Of a stretch of 64,000 nt of DNA, positions 39,286-52,900 are shown piece after piece; positions within the stretch are counted from its first letter, which is position 1, and every line of letters starts with the position of its first letter. Position numbers and translations under genes: made by a program. Source of the DNA: Octopus vulgaris. Lineage: Eukaryota. The notes under the pieces are model-generated. The model was not told the DNA's origin. It searched no databases and worked only from the letters and a program-made list of their open reading frames with translations. The stretch lies in NCBI GenBank assembly GCA_951406725.2, contig OX597826.1, forward strand, positions 22,816,001-22,880,000, given 5' to 3'.

Positions 39286-40730
39286 AGAAATTCACAACAA
39301 TTTATGATACGTATTATTGGTTAGGGGTTCGTTCAGGGCTTATGGCGAGGAATAAATTAAGGTTTAAGGTTAGAGCTGCGTTTAAAGTTATGGTCAATGT
39401 TAAGTTTAGGTTTGGGGTCGAGTATAGAGTATGGGATTAGGGTTTAGAGTGGCGATTCGCAATCGCAGTTCCCAAGCCTGCATGCAGCCCTCAAAACCCT
39501 TCCGGCGGCTCCCAGCAGTCTTCCTTGCTTAAATATAAATTTTTCTCTAATTGACTGGTGTTTTACTTTTTTGGTGCAGCCCCCTAGAAAAATGCAGGTT
39601 TGGGTTTGACCTAGATATTAAAAAGGTTGAAAATATCTGGTTTTGAGTTTAGGGCAAAGACTTAAAGGATGGGATGGTCACGCTTGGCAAACATTGGTCA
39701 TGTTGAAAAAAAATTCATTTGCGCATGTGTCATATATTTAGCGCATGCGCCCCCAAGAAATCAATCGGATTGTTTATTTTTTGTTTCGATCTTTCCTTTT
39801 ATTTTTTTTAGCTTGTTTTTGTTTTACGTATTTCAGATATTTTGTGTATGACATACCTCCAATTAATTGTAGAGTGTACACCGAAATCTTATAGATGGAA
39901 CTAGTTTGTTACAGAGATATTATAGAATTAATTCGATAAGTAATAATTTTGTCTAAGTGATAGATTTCTTTTTCCTTCCTTTTTCCTTCTTCGTATGTTT
40001 TCTTCTTTTTCTTCCTGTTTTTACATCATCTATTACAATAATTCTAACTCGGTATCCATTTGTAAACAATATAGTTGTAAAAACAAAACGTAAAACGCAT
40101 TAAATATGAATATAAAATCAGTAAAGACTGGTTAAATCGAGCCACAATAATAAAAGCAGACTGATAGGCAAGCATTTTACAGACACATGGGAACGTTTGC
40201 ATAATTCGTAATGCGAGCGAGGAAGCACTTGTAGACAACATAACTGCATCAGCAGCAACGGCAGTAGCAGTAGTGATGGTAACAACAGCAACAACAGTTC
40301 GTAACTGTAGTAGTAGAAGTAGTAGTTGTAGTCAGGTAAAGCGCATGCATGTGTTATGCGTAGTGTGTGTGAATATATATGTATATGTGTGTGTGTATGT
40401 ACATATGTAATATGTGAGTGAAGGTATATATAAACGATGGTTGAGTTCTTTCAAATATTACATAATCACGAAGTGATAGCATGTCTGAGTATGAAGTGTG
40501 ACGTTCGTGTTTTTCCTTGTAGGGTAAATAAAAGACATTTAAAGCAACAAACGTTAGAATAGCGGATTCGATTGGAAACAAAAAGCGAATTAGATTTGCC
40601 GGGAGAAGGAAAGATAGATGTATTTCCCCCAATATTAAAAATACGAGAATACAAATGCTGTGAACACAGAGATGGAAAGGAAAACTGGGCTATGTAACGC
40701 CTTACAAACTTTCTTCATAGATTTTTACAA

Positions 40731-40769
<39 letters not shown>

Positions 40770-40994
40770 AATAAATAAAAATTATTTATTATCGAAAGAA
40801 AATCGAAACGATGACGGTCTCGTTTCGCCGGGGAAATTCCCTCGTTATCTCAGAACGCTTTCATCTAACAAAAAGAATAAAAGAGAAATAAATAAATAAA
40901 TTTCTAACATTAGTCACGTTGGTCTTGACTGATGAAATAATAAAGATTACGTTTTTGTTGTAACCTAAGAACAGCGCTCCACAATATGGATGGA

Positions 40995-41372
40995 AACACT
41001 CCGTCGGTTACGACGACGTGGGTTCCGGTTGATCCGATCAACGGAACAGCCTGCTCGTGAAATTAACGTGTAAGTGGCTGAGCACTCCACAGACACGTGT
41101 ACCCTTAACGTAGTTTTCGGTGATATTCAGCGTGACACAGAGAGTGACAAGGCCGGCCCTTTGAAATACAGGTACAACAGAAACAGGAAGTAAGAGTGAG
41201 AGAAAGTTGTGGTGAAAGAGTACAGCAGGGATCACCACCATCCCTGCCGGAGCCTCGTAGAGCTTTAGGTGTTTTCGCTCAATAAACACTCACAACGCCC
41301 GGTCTGGGAATCGAAACCGCGATCTTATGACCGCGAGTCCGCTGCCCTAACCACTGGGCCATTGCGCCTCCA
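40995..41372 (-). mobile_element. SINE family C head with a different 3' module
   Basis: 41193-41372 matches family C; 40995-41190 is a distinct tail. Confidence 0.8.
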
Positions 41373-42350
41373 CACTCCACAATATACATGTTATATGAAG
41401 GGAGATTTCTTTTTCTTTCTTTTTTCTTTCTTTTTTTCTTCCTTTTCCTTCCTATTTTTTACATTATCTATTACAATAATACTACTTATGCACCACTTAG
41501 GTAGGTTTGTGTTGATATTCACTCGTTTAAGGAAAATTGGGCTTCAACCGGTATCCGAAATTTTACACTTCAGGGCCCACATGTTCATAGGGAGTATAAA
41601 GATACAGCAGACTGAATAGACACTAGTACTCACACAGTACTTATTTAGTTGACACGCACTATATTAATTGTTACCTACATGTTTACTCGAACCGCAAAAA
41701 AACAACAAACCGGGTTTTTCTTAAATCATAAACTGCTTTGAGAAAAGAAAGAAAAACTTAAAATGAATGGTAACTTCAAATGAGATGTCTTTCATTTATA
41801 AAGAAGAAAAATTTGTAAGCGTCCGCAATCAGATTTCTTTTTGTCACTGGATTTTTGGCTTTTTGTACTCTTGTAACATGAAGGGCAGGGCACCCGGCGA
41901 ATCGAGTCCACAACCCGGTTTTGCTTTGCTAGTGAAATTCATTCTCAAAGCTATCTTAGCGTTGTTTTTATGTCCGTCATGCTCCATTGAAGAGGAATAT
42001 AAAACGCTGTATTTATTAGCGAAACCGTTTTCATTATTTCGTGATAATGTAATATGCAGAAAAGTACATTTTATTTATCTTGATCAGTGCAAGTCTGGAC
42101 AAAGAAGAACACGGAGGAGGACATGAGATAAAGCCGTCTCTGATGAGATTTCCAACGACACTATAGAGATGGGGTCTAAACTATGGTCTGATCTAAACCC
42201 CAGGTGAGCCCTGATCAAGTAGACCATCCATGAGAAACACAATCTCAGTTCCCGTCAAGGCCACATAATGTTGATTGTGTTTAGCCTCCTAGTCGGCTCT
42301 GGAGGAACGGACCGACGATCAAAGGCATTTCGGCGATGACCATCTCGTCA

Positions 42351-42573
42351 TTTCTTCTTCTTCTTCTTCTTCTTCTTCTTCTTCTTCTTCTTCTTCTTCT
42401 TCTTCTTCTTCTTCTTCTTCTTCTTCTTCTTCTTCTTCTTCTTCTTCTTCTTCTTCTTCTTCTTCTTCTTCTTCTTCTTCTTCTTCTTCTTCTTCTCCTT
42501 CTCCTTCTCCTTCTCCTCTTCTTCTTCTTCTTCTTCTTCTTCTTCTTCTTCTTCTTCTTCTTCTTCTTCTTCT
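42351..42573. repeat. (TTC)n, about 74 units
   Basis: Direct reading. Confidence 0.97.
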
Positions 42574-43608
42574 GTTTGTCTTACATAGTATACAACTATA
42601 TTACCTTAACAGTAGGTAGGGTGTGGTTTAAGGGAGAGATTTAACTGCTGTTTCTACCAAGAAGAGCGACCACACATTTATAGTCTCCAACGTTGGTTTC
42701 AGGATTCTGGAATCATAATGGTCTCTTAGATTGGCGGCACAAGGCAACACATTGATAAACGAGGAGAAAAACCGACCACTGCTTTCATAGATTATCAATA
42801 ATCATAAATAATTTAATTTCAATACAAAACAGATCTTTTATGAAGTTAGGGATGCATTCCTAAAGAAACAAAACCCCAACGCGGAATTTGTGTCCTTATT
42901 GATATCGTTTCACTTTATTTATATTTACATTGCTAATCACCCTCAGAAATGCATGAATACCATAAAATTTCCCTACGGTATTCACGCCCGATACGAATAA
43001 ACAGATATTAGCAGGATATAGAAACCAATCATCAGACTACCAAATTTATTTTTTAGATAAGTAACAGTAAAAGACTAAGCTTCTATCTATTGAAAGCTTG
43101 ATAAATGTTATTCCTTTAGAAAGTGAAAAAAAAAAATGTCATATATATATGTGTGTGTATATGTGTGTGCGTGTATGTGTGTCAGAATTTTTGTTAGTCT
43201 TGGACCTGTGTTTTTGCTATCATGCTTTTAAAAAATAAAGCGTAAGCTTGTTGTATGTATAATGTACATATTACAGTTATGTGAAGATATGTTTTTCTCG
43301 CGAAATGAACGGTGACTTAATGCTTAAGAAATATCATTATTTATTTAGTATTCTTTCGGTTACGGTTTACGAAACTGTTAAATGTATGACGCGCGTGTGT
43401 GTGTCTGATGCGTGTTGTGTGTTTTGTAATATTTCTTAAGTCATTCATTCGCATTCGCCGGCTGTTTGTTTTCGGTTTGCTCTCAAAAAACTTAATGACT
43501 ACGCAAAGCAAAATTCGTCGAAGACGAAAAGAAGAATAAAAAGTATTTTTTTTTTTTAAATAACAAAAAGGACTGCAATTAAAAATAAAATAATTAAAAT
43601 CAAAAGCA

Positions 43609-43673
43609 ATGAATGGAAATTTAACTCACGGTATTGAGAAGTCACCGGTACGTTTTGTACTCCGATGGAACAG
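43609..43673 (+). CDS. Possible first coding exon of an unidentified host gene (MNGNLTHGIEKSPVRFVLRWN-)
   Basis: aaaagcaATG start, consensus donor CAG|GTAAGA, repeat-poor surroundings, upstream TCATTC Inr-like motifs. No homology recognised. Confidence 0.2.
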
Positions 43674-43960
43674 GTAAGAAAATAAGAAAGAAACGGAGCA
43701 AGTCTATGTTATACGCTTGGCTTCTTAAATTTTTTTCATGTTCCAAATCTTCTGTTCGGTTCCTTCTTCTCTATTACAGTTATCATTCCATTAATTATTT
43801 ATTTTCATTTGCTTTTCATATTCCAAGTGGAAAGTCGGGTTTTTTTTTTTTAGTATGGGTTCTACTTTCAGTATTTCATATTTGCTCATGTGCGTGTTTG
43901 TTAAGAGTACAGGGATTCACTCGACTTTCTTTCTATATATAAATAATATACACGTTTGTA

Positions 43961-44028
<68 letters not shown>

Positions 44029-44063
44029 TATATAGATAGATAGATAGATGTATATATATTTGA

Positions 44064-44094
<31 letters not shown>

Positions 44095-44279
44095 GGGCTA
44101 TGTAATAATTAGTGTTTATCTTTTGTGTAATAAATATATATATATATATATCGTTTTCAGTCGTTCTTTCGTCATATATTAATTTCGCTGCCTGCCACAC
44201 GATCTAGTCACTTAACCCTCTCTCTGTCTCTATCTCTTTCCCTCTCTTTCTATTTCCTCCCATATTTGTCTCTCTTTAT

Positions 44280-44354
<75 letters not shown>

Positions 44355-44453
44355 GCATGTAGTTAGTAGTGAATGATTTAATTTACTCAAGCGTTAGCAG
44401 CATATTATTGGTACTACATAAAACCAAACGCTGCTTTCATTGGTTTGTTATAG

Positions 44454-44516
<63 letters not shown>

Positions 44517-44769
44517 TTCTCACCACCTATCCCCTTCTCTGCTTCTTTCTCTCCCCTTTTCCCTCTCTCTTTGTCTCTCTCTCTCTCTCTCAGGCGGGCA
44601 TTATAAAATATCTCTTGCCGGCTTTTCCCCCTCATATTATTATTATTTTCGTTTTTGTTTTTCAATGCACAACGACGTCGTTATCATCCCATCCCAATTG
44701 GATGACACCGCATCACATGCATAGTGAACATCGGAATGAATAACTTAATCACACATACTATATTATTTA

Positions 44770-45113
44770 TAACTACTACTACTACTACTACTACCATCGT
44801 CGTTTCTCACCACAAACATTTTTCTGGATGCCTCCGTCGTCTTCGCAACAATTATCATCATCATCATCCTCAGCATCATCATCATCATCATCATCATCAT
44901 CACCCTCATTATCATCACATCACCATCATCATCATCATCCTCATCATCACCATTATTATCCTCATCATCCGCATCATCCTTCTCCTCCTCCTCCTCCTCC
45001 TCATCATCATCATCATCTTTACGACCATTATCATTGCCACTATACTCATCACTTATTCTCTTCACGCTCCTCTGCCTCTTCCTCCTCCTCATCATCCTAA
45101 TCATCATCATCAT
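44770..45113. repeat. Degenerate (CAT/CCT)n tract
   Basis: Direct reading. Confidence 0.9.
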
Positions 45114-45559
45114 CTGTCATTTGCTTTAACATTAACGACCCAATGTGAGAGCCCCTCTAAGACTACTTGATTTACAAGAAAAAGCAGCCAAATCGTCATC
45201 GAATCACAACTCAAAATATACTTTACCTGAAAAAAGAAAAAGCAGAATGGATGGTTATGGTTGGAACGTCTTTGATCAGAGGTACGCTGGATCATGGCTG
45301 ACCTGGAATGAAACAACAATGAAATGACTGAAATAAGTAAAAGACAAAATAGGAAATATCTTCTTCATCAGTAAGGTAGATTGGCAGAAGCGTTAGAGCA
45401 TCAGACAAAATACAGTGCAGTTCCGGCTCTTTATGTTCTGAGTTCAAATCCCACCAAGTTCTTCGGAGGTCGATGAAAATAAAGTACCAATCAAATATTG
45501 GAGATTCATATGGCTTTGTGCTTACGTCAGGAATAAATTATCATCATCATCATCAATGC

Positions 45560-45850
45560 CACCTTCACAGTATCGACCAGGCCATCAGATACAGTTGTAC
45601 ATCGCTGGTCACAATGCGCTTCCAATTGTGTCTTGATTGCGACATTCTTTTCCATGTTGACCAAAATTGCTTAACCAGATCGTCTTCCTATCGTCGAGTA
45701 GGCCTTCCAAGTGGTCATTTCTGATCTCATGGTTACCAAACAGTAATTGCATGGGTCCACCTGTTACCTGCAGACCTTGCGACTTGTCCGGCCCAACGGA
45801 ACTTGTGCTTTTGGTACTCTGCGCTCACATCATTCATTCTCGAACTGTCT
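45560..45850 (-). mobile_element. 3' end of an RTE-clade LINE
   Basis: Minus strand KFRWAGQVARSAGNRWT...PLGRP...WKRIVTS with stops, followed by (GAT)n. Confidence 0.7.
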
Positions 45851-45899
45851 CGTTTCGAAAGTGCTCTTTTAATGATAATCACTATCATTATTTTATTAT

Positions 45900-46185
45900 T
45901 TATGCGCCCTTTTCAAGCCTAGCCGGGCTCATGGGCCCGGTTTCCTGGTTTCTGTGGCGTATGTGTTCCCCCCAGCTGGATGGGACGCCAGTTCATCACA
46001 GCGTTACTCAAAAAACAGGAATAAAGAGTGAGAGAAAGTTGAGGTGAAAGAGTACAGCGGGGTCACCACCACCCCTTGCCGGAGCCTCGTGGAGCTTTTA
46101 GGTGTTTTCGCTCAATAAACACACACAACGCCCGGTCTGGGAATCGAAACTGCGATCCTCTAGCCGCGAGTCCGCTGCCCTAACC
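45900..46185 (-). mobile_element. SINE family C head with the tail seen at 9592-9700
   Basis: gcgcccttt..agcctagcc.ggctcatggg tail shared with 9596. Confidence 0.8.
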
Positions 46186-46931
46186 ATCATACTGGTCAAA
46201 ATTAATCGTCGTCGTCATTGTCCTCCTTCTCCAACGTCATCACCAACCAGGTAACCCTAATGTGGTTGCTCGACCAGCTAGAAACAGCAACCGAAATCTG
46301 TCTCAAATCACATCTTAATGTCGTAAATATGGGATACTTTGAATTATGCAATCTTTGAACACCATACCTATCCGCTCTCCAACGCCCTAACAATACTTGT
46401 TAATCACGACCAGAACGATTTTGATGATTGGTCTGCTCAGTCATGGCTCAGCTGAGGCTTAACAACAACAACAACAACAACAGCTTCAACAGTGTCGTTG
46501 TCACCGTAGTCGTTACCGTAGTCGTTACCGCTGACGTTGATGTCGACGTTGTTGTGGCAGTAGTCACCACCACCAGCAAAAGTCACATGGTCTTCATCAG
46601 ATGGGTGACTTTCGTGGTATTATCGTATTAAGTTAGCTTCGTGTTGTCCCATAATAAACCAGCAACGAGCGTTATTGAAATAACATTTGCATTTCATCGA
46701 AGCAAATTACAATATTTATATAGTTACATCACAGTGTGCACGTAACCTATTGTAGTTTGCTAGAACCGAGCGTAGTTGTAATTTAATAACAAATAAAAGA
46801 GCTTAGCTTAGCGTGAGAGGAGGGAATAGTGCTTGTCCATCCTAGTTAACGAATTCCTTTTAACACGGGGCTGAACTTCAGACCAGAAAACCTTGCTGAG
46901 TAAGGTCTTGTTGCTTATGCTTCCAAAGCGA

Positions 46932-49900
46932 AGGACACGTTGCCTGACTTAATAACCAGGACACGTTGCCTAGCTAAGGCGCGGCCTGGACCTAGTTATT
47001 GAAGCTGTGAGGCTTCGATACTAGGTTGGTTGGTTAAAAACAGAGGACACGTTGCCTAACTTAAGCGTGGCGTGGACCTAGATATTAAAGCAGTGAGGCT
47101 TCGATTCTATGAAAGCTGTCAGAATTCGATTCTACGATCGTTGTTTAATAACCAGGACACGTTGCCGGACTTTAGCGTAGTCTGGACTTAGTTATTGAAG
47201 CTGTGAGGCTTCGATTCTAGGTCGGTTGGTTAATAACCAGGACGCGTTGCCTAACTTAAGCGTGCTCTGGACCTAGTTATTAAAGTTGTGAGGCTTCGAT
47301 TCTACGATGGTTGTTTAATAACCAGAAGACGTTTCCTGACTTTCGCGTAGTCTGGACCTATTTATTAAAGCTGTGAGGTTTCGATTCTAGGCTGGTTGGT
47401 TAATAACCAGGAGAGTTGCCTTAACTTAAGCGTGGCCTGGACCTAGTTATTAAAGCTGTGAGGCTTCGATTCAAGGTTGGTTGATAAATAACCAAGACAC
47501 GTTGCCTGACTGAAGTGTGGTCTGGGCCTAGTTATTAAAGTTATGAGGTTTCGATTCTAGGCTGGTTGGTTAATAACCAGGACACGTTGTCTGATTGAAG
47601 CGTACCCTAGACCTAGTTATTAAAGCTGTGAGGCTTTGATGCTAGGTTGGTTGGTTAATAACCAAGAAACGTTGCCTAACGAAAGCGTGTTCTGGACCTA
47701 GTTATTAAAGCTGTGAGGCTTCGATTCTAGGTTGGTTGGTTAATAACCAGGACACGTTGCCTGATTTAAGCGCGGCTTGGACCTAGTTATTAAAGCTGTG
47801 AGGCTTCGATTCTAGGTTGGTTGGTTAATAACCAGGACACGTTGCCTTAACTTAAGCGCGGCCTGGAACTAGTTATTAAAGCTGTGAGGTTTCGATTCTA
47901 GGTTGGTTAATAACCAGGACACGTTGCTTAACTTAAGCGTGGTCTGGACCTAGTTATTAAAGCTGTGAGGCTTCGGTTCGAGGTTGGTTGGTTAATAACC
48001 AGGACACGTTGCCTAACTTCAGCGTGATCTGGACCTAGTTATTAAAGCTGTGAGGCTTCGGTTCGAGGTTGGTTGGTTAATAACCAGGACACGTTGCCTA
48101 ACTTCAGCGTGGCTTGGACCTAGTTATTAAAGCTGTGAGGCTTTGATTCTAGGTTGGTTGGTTAATAACCAGGACACGTTGCCTGACTTCAGCGTGGCTT
48201 GGACCTAGTTATTAAAGCTGTGAGGCTTTGATTCTAGGTTGGTTGGTTAATAACCAGGACACGTTGCCTGACTTCAGCGTGGCCTGGACCACGTTATTAA
48301 AGCTGTGAGGCGTCGATTCTACGTTGGTTTGTTAATAACCAGGACACGTTGCCTAACTTAAGCGTGGTCTGGACATATTTATTAAAGCTGTGAGGCTTCG
48401 AGTCTAGGTTGGTTGGTTAATAACCAGGACACGTTGCCTGATTTAAGCGTGGTCTGGACCTAGTTATTATAGCTCTGAGGTTTCGATTCTACGTTCGTTG
48501 TTTAATAACCAGGACACGTTGTCGGACTTTAGCGTAGTCTGGACCTAGTTATTAAAGCTGTGAGGCTTCGATTCTAAGTCGGTTGGTTAATAACCAGGAC
48601 ACGTTGCCTAACTTAAGCGTGGTCTGGACCTAGTTATTAAAGTTGTGAGGCTTCGATTCAACGAAGGTTGTTTAATAACCAGAAGATGTTTCCTGACTTG
48701 TGCGTAGTGTGGACCTATTTATTAAAGCTGTGAGGTTTCGATTCTAGGCTGGTTGGTTAATAACCAGGACATGTTGCCTGATTTAAGCGTACTCTGGACC
48801 TAGTTATTAAAGCTGTGAGGCTTTGATACTAGGTTGGTTGGTTAATAACCAAGAAACGTTGCCTAACGAAAGCGTGGCCTGGACCTAGTTATTAAAGCTG
48901 TGAGGCTTCGATTCTAGGTTGGTTGGTTAATAACCAGGACACGTTGCCTGATTTAAGCGTACCCTGGACCTAGTTATTAAAGCTGTGAAGCTTTGATACT
49001 AGGTTGGTTGGTTAATAACCAAGAAACGTTGACTAACGAAAGCGTGGCCTGGACCTAGTTATTAGAGCTATGAGGCTTCGATTTTAGGTTGGTTGGTGAA
49101 GAACCAGGACACGTTGCCTGACTTAAGTGTGGTCTGGGCCTAGTTATTAAAGCTGTGAGGCTTCGATTCTAGGTTTGTTGGTTAATAACCAGGACAGTTG
49201 CCTTAACTTAAGCGTGGCCTGGACCTAGTTATTAAAGCTGTGAGGCTTCGATTCTAGGTTGATTGGTTAATAACCAGGACACATTGCCTGAGTTAAGCGT
49301 AATCTGGACCTAGTAATTAAAGCTGTGAGGTTTCATTCTAGGTTGGTTGTTTAATAACCAGGACACAGTACCTGACTTAAGCGTGGTCTGGACCTAGTTA
49401 TTAATGCTGTGAGCCTTCGATTCTAGGTTGGTTGATTAATAACCAGGACACGTTGCCTAACATAAGCGTGGCCTGGACCTAGGTATTAAAGCTGTGAGGC
49501 TTCGATTCTAGTTTGCTTGATTAATAACCAGGACACGGTACCTGACTTAAGCATGGTAAGGACCTAGTTATTAAAGCTGTGAGGCTTCGATTCTAGGTTG
49601 GTTGGTTAATAAGCACAACACGTTGCCTGACTAAAACGTGGCCTGGACCTAGTTATTAAAGCTGTGAGGCTTTGATTCTAGGTTGGTTGGTAAATAACCA
49701 GGACATGTTGCCTAACTTAAGCGTGGCCTGGACCTAGTTATTAAAGCTGTGAGACTTCGATTCTAGGTTGGTTGGTTAATAACCAGGACACGTTGCTTGA
49801 TTTGAGCGTGGTCTGGACCTAGTTATTAAAGCTGTGAGGTTTTATTCTAGGTTGGTTGGTTAACAACCAAGATATTTTGCCTAACTTAAGCGGTGTCTGG

Positions 49901-52900
49901 ACCTTGTTATTAATGCTGTGAGGCTTCGATTCTAGGTTGGTTGGTTAATAACCAGGACACGTTTCCTGAATTAAGCGTGGTCTGAACAAAGTTATTAAAG
50001 CTGTGAAGCTTCGATTCTAGTTTGGTTGGTTGATAACCAGGACATGTTGCCTGACTTAAGCGTAGTCTGGACCTAGTTAGTAGAGCTGTGAGGCTTTGAT
50101 TCTAGGTTGGTTAGTTAATAACCAATACACGTTGCCTAAATTAAGCGTGGTCTGGGCCTCGGTATTAAAGCTGTGAGGCTTCGATTCTAGGTTGGTTGCT
50201 TAATAACCAAGACACGTTGCCTAACGAAAGCGTGGTCTGGACCTAGTTATTAAAGCTGTGAGGCGTTATTCTAGGTTGGTTGGTTAACAACCATGACATG
50301 TTGCCTAACTTAAACGTGGTCTGGACCCAGTTATTAAAGCTGTGAGGCTTCGACTCCAGGTTGGTTGGTTAATAACCAGGACACGTTTCCTGAATTAAGC
50401 GTGGTCTGGACCTAGTTATTAAAGCTGTTAAGCTTCGATTCTAGTTTGCTTGGTTAATAACCAGGACAAGTTGCCTGACTTGTAGTCAAGACCTAGTTAT
50501 TAAAGCTGTGAGGTTTCGATTCTAGGTTGGTTGGTTAATAATCAGGACAAAGTACCTGATGTAAGCGTTGTCCGGACCTAGTTATTAAAGCTGTGAGGCT
50601 TTGATTCTAGGTTGGTTAATAAGCAGGCCACGTTCCCTGACTTAAGCGTGGTCTGGACCCAGTTATTAAATCCGTGAGGCTTTGATTCTACGTTGGTTGG
50701 TTAATAACCGGGACAAGTTGCCTAACTTAAGCGTGGTCTGGACCTAGGTATTAAAGCTGTGCGGCTTCGATTACAGGTCGGTGGGTTAATAACCAGGACA
50801 CGTTGCCTGATTTAAGCGTGGCCTGGACCTAGTTATTAAAGCTGTGAGGCTTCGATTCCTAGGTTGGTTGGACACGCTGCCTGATTTGAGCGTGGTCGGG
50901 ACCTAGTTATGAAAGCTGTGAGGCTTTGATTCGAGGTTGGTTGGTTAACAACCAGGAGACGTTGCCTAACTTAAGCGTGGTCTGGAACTAGTTATTAAAG
51001 CTGTGAGGCTTTGATTCTAGTATGGTTGGTTAATAACTAGGACACGTTGCCTGACTTGAGCGTGGTCTGGTCCAAGTTATTATAGCTGTGAGGCTTTGAT
51101 TCCAGGTTGGTTGGTTAACAACCAAGACACTTTGCCTAACTTAAGCGTGGTCTGGACCGAGTTATTAAAGCTGTGAGGCTTCGGTTCAGGTTGGTTGGTT
51201 AATAACCAGGACACGTTTCCTGAATTAAGCGTGGTCTGGACCTTGTTATTAAAGCAGTGAATCTTCGATTCTAGTTCGATTGGTTAATAACCAGGACAAG
51301 TTGCCTACTTTAAGCGTAGTCTGGACCTAGTTATTAGAGGTGTGAGGATTTGATTCTAGTTTGTTTGGTTAATAACCAAGACAGGTTGCGTAACTTATGC
51401 GTGGTCTGGACCTAGTTATTAAAGCTGTGAGGCTTCGATTCCAGGTTGGTTGGTTAATAACCAGGACAGGTTTCCTGAATTAAGCGAAGTCTGGACCTAG
51501 TTATTAAAGCTGTGAAGCTTCGATTCTAGTTTGCTTGGTTAATAACCAGGACAAGTTGCTTAACTTAAGCGTGGTCTGGACCTAGTTATTAAAGCTGTGA
51601 GGTTTCGATTCTAGGTTGTTTGTTTAATAATCAGGACACAGTAGCTGACGTAAGCGTAGTCTGGACCAAGTTATTAAAGCTGTAAGGCTTCGATTCTAGG
51701 TTGGTTGTTTAATAAGCAGGCCACGTTGCCTGACTTAAGCGTGGTCTGGCCCTAGTTATTAAAGCTGTGACGCTTGATCCTAGGTTGGCTGGTTAATAAC
51801 CATTACAAGTTGCCTAACTTAAGCGTGGTCTGGACTTAGGTATTAAAGCTGTGAAGCTTCGATTCCAGGTTGGTTGTTTAATAACCAGTACACTTTGCCT
51901 GATTTAAGCGTGGCCTGGACCACGTTATTAAAGCTGTGAGGCTTCGATTCCTAGGTTGGTTGGATAACAACCAGGACACGCTGGTGAGGTTTCGATTCTA
52001 GGTTGGTTGGTTAATAATCAGGACAAAGTACCTGATGTAAGCGTTGTCCGGACCTAGTTATTAAAGCTGTGAGGCTTTGATTCTAGGTTGGTTAATAAGC
52101 AGGCCACGTTCCCTGACTTAAGCGTGGTCTGGACCCAGTTATTAAATCCGTGAGGCTTTGATTCTACGTTGGTTGGTTAATAACCGGGACAAGTTGCCTA
52201 ACTTAAGCGTGGTCTGGCTTCGATTACAGGTCGGTGGGTTAATAACCAGGACACGTTGCCTGATTTAAGCGTGGCCTGGACCTACTTATTAAAGCTGTGA
52301 GGCTTCGATTCCTAGGTTGGTTGGACACGCTGCCTGACTTGAGCGTGGTCTGGACCTAGTTATGAAAGCTGTGAGGCTTTGATTCGAGGTTGGTTGGTTA
52401 ACAACCAGGAGACGTTGCCTGACTTGAGCGTGGTCTGGTCCAAGTTATTATAGCTGTGAGGCTTTGATTCCAGATTGGTTGGTTAACAACCAAGACATGT
52501 TGCCTAACTTGAGCGTGGTCTGGACCTTGTTATTAAAGATGTGAATCTTCGATTCTAGTTCGATTGGTTAATAACCAGGACAAGTTGCCTACCTTAAGCG
52601 TAGTCTGGACCTAGTTATTAGAGGTGTGAGGATTTGATTCTAGTTTGTTTGGTTAATAACCAAGACAGGTTGCGTAACTTATGCGTGGTCTGGACCTAGT
52701 TATTAAAGCTGTGAGGCTTCGATTTCAGGTTGGTTGGTTAATAACCAGGACAGGTTTCCTGAATTAAGCGAAGTCTGGACCTAGTTATTAAAGCTGTGAA
52801 GCTTCTATTCTATTTTGCTTGGTTAATAACCAGGACAAGTTGCTTAACTTTAGCGTGGTCTGGACCTAGTTATTAAAGCTGTGAGGTTTCGATTCTAGGT

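Noticed and set aside
39318-39450. Interstitial telomere (also 12411-12435)
   Set aside because: Only short, degenerate TTAGGG-like words, probably internal to repeats
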